From Aeromonas bestiarum (GTDB lineage Bacteria > Pseudomonadota > Gammaproteobacteria > Enterobacterales > Aeromonadaceae), in the NCBI RefSeq assembly GCF_000819745.1, contig NZ_CDDA01000037.1, positions 71,744 through 95,743 on the forward strand: DNA of 24,000 nt, in the 5' to 3' direction. Made by a program: the position numbers and the translations under genes. The notes below the pieces were generated by a model. The model ran no database searches. It saw nothing but the letters and a program-made list of their open reading frames with translations, and was not told the DNA's origin. The stretch's first letter is position 1. Every line of letters starts with the position of its first letter. Below are positions 1-7,058 of the stretch, in pieces.

Positions 1-251
1 GCCTGAGCACCCGCATCGATCAGCTGCACGATGAAAACAATGCCCTGATCAGCCAGTCCAACGAGATCAGCCGGCGCTTTAACGCTGAGGTGGCCGAGTA
101 CAACGGCAGCTGGGATCGCTACAACCAGCTGACGGCGGCGGTGAAGGGCGCCGAAGGCAAGGTGAACGAGGCACGCCGCGAGCTGGAGCTGGCCGAACAC
201 AGGTATCAGCTGGCGCTGGCCCTCCAACCGGGCGAGACGCTGCCGGCCTGA
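1..251 (+). CDS. C-terminal fragment of a coiled-coil protein, family not recognised; the 5' end is outside the window
   Basis: Frame 3 is open from the window edge to the TGA at 249-251. The translation ...LSTRIDQLHDENNALISQSNEISRRFNAEVAEYNGSWDRYNQLTAAVKGAEGKVNEARRELELAEHRYQLALALQPGETLPA is charged and heptad-like. Codons are mostly G/C-ending, like the neighbouring genes. It is absent from the ORF track only because it has no start codon in the window. Confidence 0.45.
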   Translation, partial: LSTRIDQLHDENNALISQSNEISRRFNAEVAEYNGSWDRYNQLTAAVKGAEGKVNEARRELELAEHRYQLALALQPGETLPA

Positions 252-974
252 TATGAGCCGCGCCCCTGGCTGCACAATGTCAGGGGCGTGTACCTACCTG
301 TCATATCTTCGCCATTCTGCCATGGCGAAACTGCCCTCCTGATCCTGAGCTACCCCTCTGTCCCCACGGTACAGGCTGTATTGTTCCATTGTCCCGCTCC
401 GGCCTGCCTTTCACCGCCGGTCTGTGGGTCAGCACTGGTGGGTTCGATCAAGTTTCGATGGTTATCACATGGATCTTTTTTGTGGTGGTGACGCTACTTG
501 TCGTAGTCAGCAGGGAGTGGGTTCCGGGTGCGTCAAAGTTGGCGGCATGAACCTGCCTGGCAAGGAGAGGGACACAGTCTGCGGTGGACCTCTGATGCAG
601 ACCTGTCAAAACGGCGCCCAGCTCCTTTATTTGTCATGTAAAAGCGGCCGTCATGAGCAGAGTGGTGATGCCTCTGGCAGGGCGTTAGCGAGAATGGCTC
701 CCATCTGTCTCGATTGACTAACTTGTTCGCCGCTTCACTATTGCTCACCTTGCCACCCCCGATGTGAATCGGGTTCGGAAAGTCACAGGTCTCCTCTTGG
801 AGACAGCTGGACCGCGCATTGAGGAAGGCATCGGTTCATCCCTCGCCTTTCACCATCACAACGGCACATCCGTCAGGAAGTTACCCTGCTTTGCCATGGC
901 AGCAGGGTCAGACACATGTGCGTAGCCGTCGGGGCATTCAAGGAGCGAGCTGCCCGATGGGTGTCAAAGGTGGA
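252..974 (+). promoter_or_regulatory. Long non-coding upstream region / putative 5' leader of pgaA
   Basis: There is no credible ORF here: the candidates use A/T-ending codons and have implausible composition. GC content is lower than in the flanking genes. GGA motifs cluster in the last ~200 nt, including one in the Shine-Dalgarno region (aaggtggaATG). Confidence 0.4.
261..288 (+). terminator. Possible terminator hairpin after the upstream gene; it lacks a U-tract
   Basis: The stem cgcccctg (261-268) pairs with caggggcg (281-288) around a 12-nt loop, 10 nt after the stop codon. It is followed by tgtacctacc rather than a T-run, so it is weak as an intrinsic terminator. Confidence 0.25.
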
Positions 975-3368
975 ATGTTGCGAATGTATCGTATTGTGTT
1001 GTTGTTCACTCTGCTCCCGTTGCTGGCCCTTGCTGGCAGTGTGGATCAAGAGCGGGAAAACTGGGTCATCAAGGCGAGAGCGGGGGAGCTTGACGCTGCT
1101 GCGCAAGGACTGGATGCCCTCTATCGACAAACCGGCGACGGCAAGGTGCTCGATGACCTGATCGCTGTGCAGCTGTGGCGGGGGGATCGCAAGGGGGCGC
1201 TGGCCGCCTGTGAACCGTGCGAGTTCAGCCCCATCAGCAACAGTACGCTGGAAGCGGTGGCTCGTGCCGCCCGCGATGAAAAGCGTTATGCCGAGGCGAT
1301 CAGCTATTACCGTATCTTGCAGGGGCGCGATCCCGCCAACCCCAATGGCTGGCTCGGGCTGTTTCTTACCGCCAGCGATCAGGGCAACCGCGAGTTGGCT
1401 CGCCGCGCAGCGGGTGAATATGACGCCCGTTTCGGCCGCGATCAGGCGATCCTTGATGCCCGCATCTATGCCGCTCGTCAGGGTGAAGATCCCATGGGCG
1501 AGCTGCTGGCCCGGCAGCAGTGGCTGGCGCTGGAGCCGGACAACCATGAGCAGGTGCTGGCCCTCTATCGAGTGGCGGTGAGCCTGGGAGCGGGGCCGGC
1601 GGCAGCGGATCTGATGAGCCGTTACCCCAAGCTGTTCAAATCGGTCGATCGGCTCTGGCTCGACTACTACCAGGCGGTCAATCTGCTGCGGATCTCGGCC
1701 CAGACCGAGGATCCTGTGCTGGCACGCCGCTCCCTCACTCACACACTGGCGTTGCAGGACAGGATCCTGGCTCGCGCGCCTCACGATCACGTGCTTTACA
1801 TCAGCGCCCGCCGTGATCTGGTAGTGACCCTGGTGGCCCTCGGCGACGTTGCCCGGGCCGAACAGGAGTCCGCTGCGCTGCAGGGCGAGGGGCCGCTGCC
1901 CGATTATGTGCTGGAGGCGCGAGCCGATGCGCTGGCCGGGCTGGGGCGCGTGGATGAGGCCTCCCTGATTTACCGGCAACTGGCGACCCCGGCGCGAGCC
2001 AAAGACAAACGGCTGCTGGAGAAGCGCTTTTACGCCTATTCGGATGGCGAGCGCTATGGCGCGGCGCAGGGGCTGCTGGCCGGTTGGCGGGAGCCGCCGA
2101 CTCGCTGGGATTTCACCGGCAACATGCGGATGGAGAATGATGACTACGAGAAGGTGTTGCAGCTGAAAACCCTGCTGCAGGCCTGGCGTGGTGAGGCGGG
2201 CGCGGCAGAGCAGCAGCTGGAAGGCTGGCTGAAAACCGCGCCAGCCAACCCCTGGCTCTGGCTGCAACTGGGGGATATCCGCCGCTGGCGTGGCCATCCC
2301 GATGGTGCCGGGCAGGCCTATCAGCAGGCCGTGCGCTGGTTGCCTGCCGGACGCACAGTGCTGGCCGAGCCCGGTCGCCTCAACGCCCGGCTCGACAAGG
2401 GCGATTGGCAGGGCACGCCACAGGCCGTGCGCGCCCTTGGCAACCTGACCCGGGATCGTCAGGAGCTGCAGCAGCGGCTGACCCTGGAGCAGGCTCCCCA
2501 GTTTGTCACCGAGCTGACCCATGGCCGAAGCGAAGGGGGCTCGGTGCAGGCCAGTCGTGACTGGCAGTACGACAGTCGTTTTTACAGCGGGCGCAGCGAT
2601 GGCGGCGATCGGCTGTTTGTCCGTCGTCAGGGCAGCTTTGGCGAGTTCGACCAGCAGCCTGAGCGCGCCGCCTATACCGGGTTGGGGGCCGAGATCTCCT
2701 TCTATCCGCTGCAATTGACGCTGGAGGGGGGCTCGGGCAGCGAGCTCAACCACAAAGGCTATCTGTGGAGTCGCCTCGACTGGCGGCTGGGCGATCACTG
2801 GACGCAGGGCTTTGCCATCAACCTCAACAGTGCCGACACCCCATTGCGGGCATTGGCGCGCGGCAACTACGCCGATCAATACCAGCTCGATCTGGGCTGG
2901 CGTCAGGATGAGACCCGCGAGGGGGCGCTACGGCTGGAGCGGATGGATCTCAGCGACGGCAACCGGCGGCTGACGGCCTCCGGCTGGCTGCGTCAGGATC
3001 TCTGGCGCCGGGATCGCTGGTGGTTCGATACCACCTTGCGCGGCGCCACCTCCCGCAACGAGGCGGTGGAGGTCGACTACTTCAATCCCCTGCAGGATCG
3101 CAATCTGGAGCTGGAGCTGGCTGGGCGTTACCGGCTACCGCTGGATGGCCGTCGCGCCCTGCTGCAGAGCCTGATCATGAGTGGCAACCACTACTGGCAG
3201 CAGGGTTATGGCAGCGATCAGGGGTGGCAGCTCAGCTATCGCCACGACTGGATACTCTCCCCCACTCTCAGCCTGGGCTATGGCCTTGGCCGCCGTCAGG
3301 CCATCTATGACGGCAACCCCGAGTTCGGAAATTTCATCTTCGCCAATCTGCAATGGAGTTTCATGTAA
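975..3368 (+). CDS. pgaA: Poly-beta-1,6-N-acetyl-D-glucosamine export porin PgaA (TPR domain plus C-terminal beta-barrel)
   Basis: - The ORF is open over 819..3368.
- The signal peptide MLRMYRIVLLFTLLPLLALA/GS begins at ATG 975 (alternative ATG 984), preceded by aggtgga. The 52 residues upstream of it in the ORF-track call are not signal-like.
- The N-terminal half is helical-repeat (TPR-like) sequence.
- The C-terminal ~300 aa is rich in Gly, Tyr, Arg, Asp and Trp in a beta-barrel-like pattern, ending ...FANLQWSFM.
- It is about 800 aa, like E. coli PgaA, and is the first gene in the pgaABCD order. Confidence 0.88.
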   Translation: MLRMYRIVLLFTLLPLLALAGSVDQERENWVIKARAGELDAAAQGLDALYRQTGDGKVLDDLIAVQLWRGDRKGALAACEPCEFSPISNSTLEAVARAARDEKRYAEAISYYRILQGRDPANPNGWLGLFLTASDQGNRELARRAAGEYDARFGRDQAILDARIYAARQGEDPMGELLARQQWLALEPDNHEQVLALYRVAVSLGAGPAAADLMSRYPKLFKSVDRLWLDYYQAVNLLRISAQTEDPVLARRSLTHTLALQDRILARAPHDHVLYISARRDLVVTLVALGDVARAEQESAALQGEGPLPDYVLEARADALAGLGRVDEASLIYRQLATPARAKDKRLLEKRFYAYSDGERYGAAQGLLAGWREPPTRWDFTGNMRMENDDYEKVLQLKTLLQAWRGEAGAAEQQLEGWLKTAPANPWLWLQLGDIRRWRGHPDGAGQAYQQAVRWLPAGRTVLAEPGRLNARLDKGDWQGTPQAVRALGNLTRDRQELQQRLTLEQAPQFVTELTHGRSEGGSVQASRDWQYDSRFYSGRSDGGDRLFVRRQGSFGEFDQQPERAAYTGLGAEISFYPLQLTLEGGSGSELNHKGYLWSRLDWRLGDHWTQGFAINLNSADTPLRALARGNYADQYQLDLGWRQDETREGALRLERMDLSDGNRRLTASGWLRQDLWRRDRWWFDTTLRGATSRNEAVEVDYFNPLQDRNLELELAGRYRLPLDGRRALLQSLIMSGNHYWQQGYGSDQGWQLSYRHDWILSPTLSLGYGLGRRQAIYDGNPEFGNFIFANLQWSFM

Positions 3369-5332
3369 TGAGACGCTGGCTTGCTTCTTTCGTTCTACTG
3401 CTTGCACTGCTGCCTTCATTGACGCAGGCGGCCCGGCAACCCGATGACTATGTGGTGCTCTGCTACCACGACATCGTCGATCTGAAATTGACCCCCAACC
3501 TCAAGCTTTACCCCCAGACCATCCGGCGCGATACCCTGATCCGCCACTTCAACTGGATCAAGCAGCAGGGCTATCACCCGGTCAGCTTCCAGCAGATCCT
3601 GGATGCCAAAGCGGGCAAGACACCGCTGCCGGAGAAGGCGATCCTGCTCAGCTTCGATGACGGTTACGAGAGCTTCTACCGGCTGGTCTACCCGCTGCTC
3701 AAGCTCTACAACTACCCGGCGGTCTTTGCGCTGGTGGGCAGCTGGCTGGACGTGGCGGATGACAAGATGGTCCCGTACGGCAATGACAAGCTGCCGCGCA
3801 GCTACTTCGTTGGCTGGCCGCAGATCCGCGAGATGCAGGCCTCCGGCCTGGTGGAACTGGCCTCCCACACCTTCACCTCCCATTACGGGCTGCTCGCCAA
3901 CCCTCAGGGCAACGTGCAACCGGCGGTCACCACAGCTGGCTGGAGCCAGAATGGCTACGAGAGCATGGCCGGCTACCGGGCACGGATAAAAGCCGACTTC
4001 GATGCATCGGCCAGTCAGCTCAGGGAGCAGACCGGTCGGGCGCCACGGATCCTGGTCTGGCCCTACGGCGCCTTCAACCAGGCCGCGCTGGAGCTGGCAG
4101 ATGCGGCAGGGATGCCCTACACCTTCACGCTGGATGAGGGGCTCAACAAGCTGAGTGACTCGGGCAGCACTGTGCGCCGCTATCTGCTGGAGGAGGACAC
4201 CAGCCTCGAAACCCTGGATGAGATCATGGGGGGCAATACCTGGGATCGGCAGGTGGAGCGGCTGGTGCACGTGGATCTGGACTATGTCTACGACCAGGAC
4301 CCGCAGCAGATGAACAAGAACATCGACATGCTGCTGGACCGGATCAAGGGCTACGGCATCACCACCGTCTATCTGCAGGCCTATGCCGATGACAATGGCG
4401 ACGGGGTGGCGGAGGCGCTCTACTTCCCCAACCGCCATATGCCGGTCAAGGCGGATCTCTTCAACCGGGTCGCCTGGCAGCTCAAGACCCGGACCGGGGT
4501 CAAGGTGTATGCCTGGATGCCGGTGATGGCCTACGACATGGGGCCCAATCACGCTTATGTCACCGACAGACGCACCGGTGCCCCCGCCAGAGGACAGTAT
4601 CTGCGCCTTTCGCCCTGGGATCCCGCCAGCCGTCAGCTGCTACTGGATATCTACGAGGATCTCGGCTTCTACACCAAGTTTGATGGCCTGCTGTTCCACG
4701 ACGACGCCTTCTTCAGCGACTACGAGGGGCCCATGCTGCTGGCACGCACCCCGGATGCGCTGCAGGCGCAAGGAGAACAAAAAACGGATCTGCTGATCGA
4801 CTTCACCATGGCGCTGCGCGATGCCGCTACCCGTTACCGTCAGGGGGGCGCCGGCGAGCTCAAGACTGCCCGCAACATCTATGCAGCGCTGGTGACCGAG
4901 CCGCAATCCCAGCAGTGGTTTGCCCAGAGCATGGCGGCGTTTGCCAGGGCGTATGATTACACGGCCGTGATGGCCATGCCCTACATGGAGCAGGCGGAAA
5001 ACCCCGATGAGTGGCTGGCCAGACTGGCAGAGGATTCACTGGCACAGGTGCCAGCTAATCGGCTGGTGTTCGAGTTGCAGAGCCGCAACTGGCGTACCGA
5101 CCAGCCCATCCCTGATGCCGAGCTGGCGCGCTGGATGCAGATCATCCAGCGCAAGGGGGTGACCAACTTCGGCTACTACCCGGATGATTTTCACAACAAC
5201 CAGCCGGATCCCGCCGTGCTGAAACCCGTCTTCTCGGTACAGACCCAGCCTCAGCCAGCCCAGCAGTCAGTGGCCCAGGTCAATCCGCTGCCCCTGAGCG
5301 CCACCCCGGCCACACGGGAGGCGTTACAGTGA
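3368..5332 (+). CDS. pgaB: Poly-beta-1,6-N-acetyl-D-glucosamine N-deacetylase PgaB
   Basis: - ATG 3368 overlaps the pgaA TAA (taATG). The tggag box lies ~9 nt upstream.
- Signal peptide: MRRWLASFVLLLALLPSLTQA.
- CE4 deacetylase motifs are present: LSFDDGY and ELASHTFTSH.
- The C-terminal domain is colinear with E. coli PgaB as I recall it: VDLDYVYD, TVYLQAYAD, YFPNRHMPVKADLFNRVAWQL, RLSPWD, LLFHDDAFFSDYE, KTARNIYA, MAMPYME, NFGYYPDDF.
- The ORF-track start at 3353 adds 5 residues with no Shine-Dalgarno sequence. Confidence 0.92.
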   Translation: MRRWLASFVLLLALLPSLTQAARQPDDYVVLCYHDIVDLKLTPNLKLYPQTIRRDTLIRHFNWIKQQGYHPVSFQQILDAKAGKTPLPEKAILLSFDDGYESFYRLVYPLLKLYNYPAVFALVGSWLDVADDKMVPYGNDKLPRSYFVGWPQIREMQASGLVELASHTFTSHYGLLANPQGNVQPAVTTAGWSQNGYESMAGYRARIKADFDASASQLREQTGRAPRILVWPYGAFNQAALELADAAGMPYTFTLDEGLNKLSDSGSTVRRYLLEEDTSLETLDEIMGGNTWDRQVERLVHVDLDYVYDQDPQQMNKNIDMLLDRIKGYGITTVYLQAYADDNGDGVAEALYFPNRHMPVKADLFNRVAWQLKTRTGVKVYAWMPVMAYDMGPNHAYVTDRRTGAPARGQYLRLSPWDPASRQLLLDIYEDLGFYTKFDGLLFHDDAFFSDYEGPMLLARTPDALQAQGEQKTDLLIDFTMALRDAATRYRQGGAGELKTARNIYAALVTEPQSQQWFAQSMAAFARAYDYTAVMAMPYMEQAENPDEWLARLAEDSLAQVPANRLVFELQSRNWRTDQPIPDAELARWMQIIQRKGVTNFGYYPDDFHNNQPDPAVLKPVFSVQTQPQPAQQSVAQVNPLPLSATPATREALQ

Positions 5333-6579
5333 GCGCCTTTCTCTCAGGTATTGCCGTCTTCACCCTGGCCTATCCGAGCCTGATGGCACTGGTGTGGATC
5401 TGTGGCGGCCTCTATTACTACTTCCAGTGGGAGCAAGGGGACATCACCCTTGCCAGAACCGGGCTGGTGCTGCCTCACTATCCCAAGGTGACCCTGATGG
5501 TGCCTTGCTACAACGAGGGAGCCAACGTGGAGGAGACCATCAGCCACCTGCTGCGCCAGCGTTATCCCGATTTCGAGGTGCTGGCCATCAACGATGGCAG
5601 CAAGGATGACACAGGCGAGCGGCTGGATCGGCTGGCGGCCCAGAACGGGCGGCTGACCGTGCTGCACCAGCACAATCAGGGCAAGGCGATGGCGCTCAAC
5701 AATGGGCTCAAAGTGGCAACGGGGGAGATACTGGTCGGCATAGACGGCGATGCGGTGCTCGATCATGACGCTGTGCGTTGGATGGTGAAGCAGTTCATCG
5801 AAAGCCCCAGGGTGGGGGCGGTCACCGGCAACCCGCGGGTGCGCACCCGCTCCACCATCATCGGCAAGATCCAGACCGGCGAGTTCAGCTCCATCATAGG
5901 CCTGATCAAGCGGGCCCAACGCATCTACGGCACCGTCTTCACCGTCTCCGGCGTGGTGGTGGCGTTTCGCAAGGCGGCGGTCGAGGCGGTGGGAGGCTGG
6001 AGTACCGACATGGTCACCGAAGACATCGACATCAGCTGGAAGCTGCAACTGGTGGGCTGGCGGATCCATTATCAGCCCCAGGCACTCTGCTGGGTGTTGA
6101 TGCCGGAAACGGTGCGCGGCCTCTACAAGCAGCGGCTGCGCTGGGCGCAGGGGGGCGCCGAGGTGTTCTTGCATTACGGTTTGCAAGCCTTGCGCTGGCG
6201 CAACCGCCGCTTCTGGCTGTTGCTGCTGGAGTATCTCTCCAGCGTTGCCTGGTGTTACAGCATCTTGCTGCTGGCGCTGATCTGGCTGACCCGGCCCGAT
6301 CTGAGCGGATTGGCCGGGGGACATCTGTTCCAGTGGACCGGGGTCATGATGACCCTTATCTGCCTGCTGCAGTTCGGGGTCAGCATCTTCATCGACAACC
6401 ACTATGACAAGACCATGGCCCGCAGCTTCGTCTGGTGTATCTGGTATCCGCTTATCTACTGGCTGCTCAATCTGGTGACGGTGATCGTTGCCGTGCCCAA
6501 GGCGATCCTGCGTCGACGTGGCCAGCTTGCCGTATGGGAAAGCCCTGACAGAGGAGAGTCCTTCCGTGACAAAACATAA
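5329..6579 (+). CDS. pgaC: Poly-beta-1,6-N-acetyl-D-glucosamine synthase PgaC (GT2 family)
   Basis: - GTG 5329 overlaps the pgaB TGA (GTGA) and is preceded by gggagg.
- GT2 motifs are present: MVPCYNEGANVEETI, INDGSKDDT, GIDGDAVLD (DxD), VTGNPRVRTRST, TEDIDISWKLQL and QRLRWAQGGAEV (QxxRW).
- It is strongly colinear with E. coli PgaC and has multiple C-terminal TM helices. Confidence 0.95.
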   Translation: MSAFLSGIAVFTLAYPSLMALVWICGGLYYYFQWEQGDITLARTGLVLPHYPKVTLMVPCYNEGANVEETISHLLRQRYPDFEVLAINDGSKDDTGERLDRLAAQNGRLTVLHQHNQGKAMALNNGLKVATGEILVGIDGDAVLDHDAVRWMVKQFIESPRVGAVTGNPRVRTRSTIIGKIQTGEFSSIIGLIKRAQRIYGTVFTVSGVVVAFRKAAVEAVGGWSTDMVTEDIDISWKLQLVGWRIHYQPQALCWVLMPETVRGLYKQRLRWAQGGAEVFLHYGLQALRWRNRRFWLLLLEYLSSVAWCYSILLLALIWLTRPDLSGLAGGHLFQWTGVMMTLICLLQFGVSIFIDNHYDKTMARSFVWCIWYPLIYWLLNLVTVIVAVPKAILRRRGQLAVWESPDRGESFRDKT

Positions 6580-6880
6580 GCTCGGCCGCGAGATGATCAT
6601 TCGCAACGGAGCCCGGCGCAGTTGGCAATACAAGCTTCGGGATCTGTTGATCCTGCTGGTGACCTGGATTGGCTGGCTGTTTCTGGCGTTGCAGCCGGTG
6701 CTCAACTATCTGGACAACCAGGAAGGCGAGAGCTTTATCGGTTCGCTGGATGCGAAGAGCGCGGGGCAACTGTTCCTGGCCCTGCTGCTCGGCATCTTCC
6801 TGCTGATCCACTCCTGGGCCAACTACAATCGGTTGCTCTATCGCCTGATGCGCAGGCGGGCATTGCGCAAAGGCGGTTAA
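6566..6880 (+). CDS. pgaD: PNAG biosynthesis protein PgaD (small two-TM partner of PgaC)
   Basis: - It is the fourth gene of the operon.
- GTG 6566 has gaggag 9 nt upstream and overlaps the end of pgaC by 14 nt. The alternative start ATG 6593 (MIIRNG...) aligns better with the E. coli PgaD N-terminus.
- There are two hydrophobic helices (LLILLVTWIGWLFLAL and LFLALLLGIFLLIHSW), followed by the basic tail YNRLLYRLMRRRALRKGG, as in PgaD.
- The portion of the ORF-track call from 6488 lies inside pgaC. Confidence 0.75.
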   Translation: MTKHKLGREMIIRNGARRSWQYKLRDLLILLVTWIGWLFLALQPVLNYLDNQEGESFIGSLDAKSAGQLFLALLLGIFLLIHSWANYNRLLYRLMRRRALRKGG

Positions 6881-6882
6881 CT

Positions 6883-6907
6883 ATGGGGCCATAAGGCCCC
6901 ATTTTTG
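6883..6907 (+). terminator. Rho-independent terminator of the pgaABCD operon
   Basis: The perfect hairpin atggggcc-ataa-ggccccat is followed directly by tttttgt, beginning 3 nt after the pgaD TAA. Confidence 0.8.
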
Positions 6908-7058
6908 TATCTCCTCTCTTGTCACACTCTGTCACCAAGTCGCCTGTGGCTGGCAACGTCTTGTCATGGCACTGGCGTGTAATGGGGCAAGGATACCGGC
7001 GTGGCCATCGAGCGAGCCGGATGAGCAATGCATGATATGACGGGACAAGGAGCAACAA

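Noticed and set aside
436-470. tRNA-like GGTTCGATC motif and the repeated gttcgat / gtttcgat.
   Set aside because: The flanking bases cannot form a 5-bp T-stem (gtggg against aagtt). No acceptor or anticodon arms can be drawn, so this is not a tRNA.
288-748. Small ORFs in the pgaA upstream region: 288..491 (+), 424..717 (+, Cys/Gly-rich 97 aa) and 533..748 (-).
   Set aside because: They have no Shine-Dalgarno sequences. They use many T/A-ending codons (ggt, gtt, tgt, gat...), unlike the neighbouring genes. Their compositions are implausible, and they overlap each other in different frames. I treat the region as non-coding.
819-974. N-terminal extensions in the ORF-track calls: pgaA from 819, ldt from 11659, azlC from 12250, lysR to 17645, the CDF gene from 19342 and pgaD from 6488.
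   Set aside because: In each case a downstream start gives a proper signal peptide, HTH domain or family-typical N-terminus with a Shine-Dalgarno sequence. The extension runs through a leader, an operator or a neighbouring gene.
252-974. A possible c-di-GMP riboswitch or other known riboswitch ahead of the biofilm operon.
   Set aside because: I could not find the conserved GEMM-type elements (for example GGCAAACC or ACGCAAAGC-like cores) by eye. This cannot be excluded without a covariance-model scan.
873-2879. 668-aa minus-strand ORF antisense to pgaA. The same applies to 3416..4552 (-) against pgaB and 5344..6705 (-) against pgaC.
   Set aside because: These are typical GC-rich shadow ORFs. 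They are Arg/Gly/Pro/Ala/Gln-rich with low-complexity translations and have no Shine-Dalgarno sequence. The opposite strand carries genes with clear family motifs (TPR/porin, CE4, GT2).
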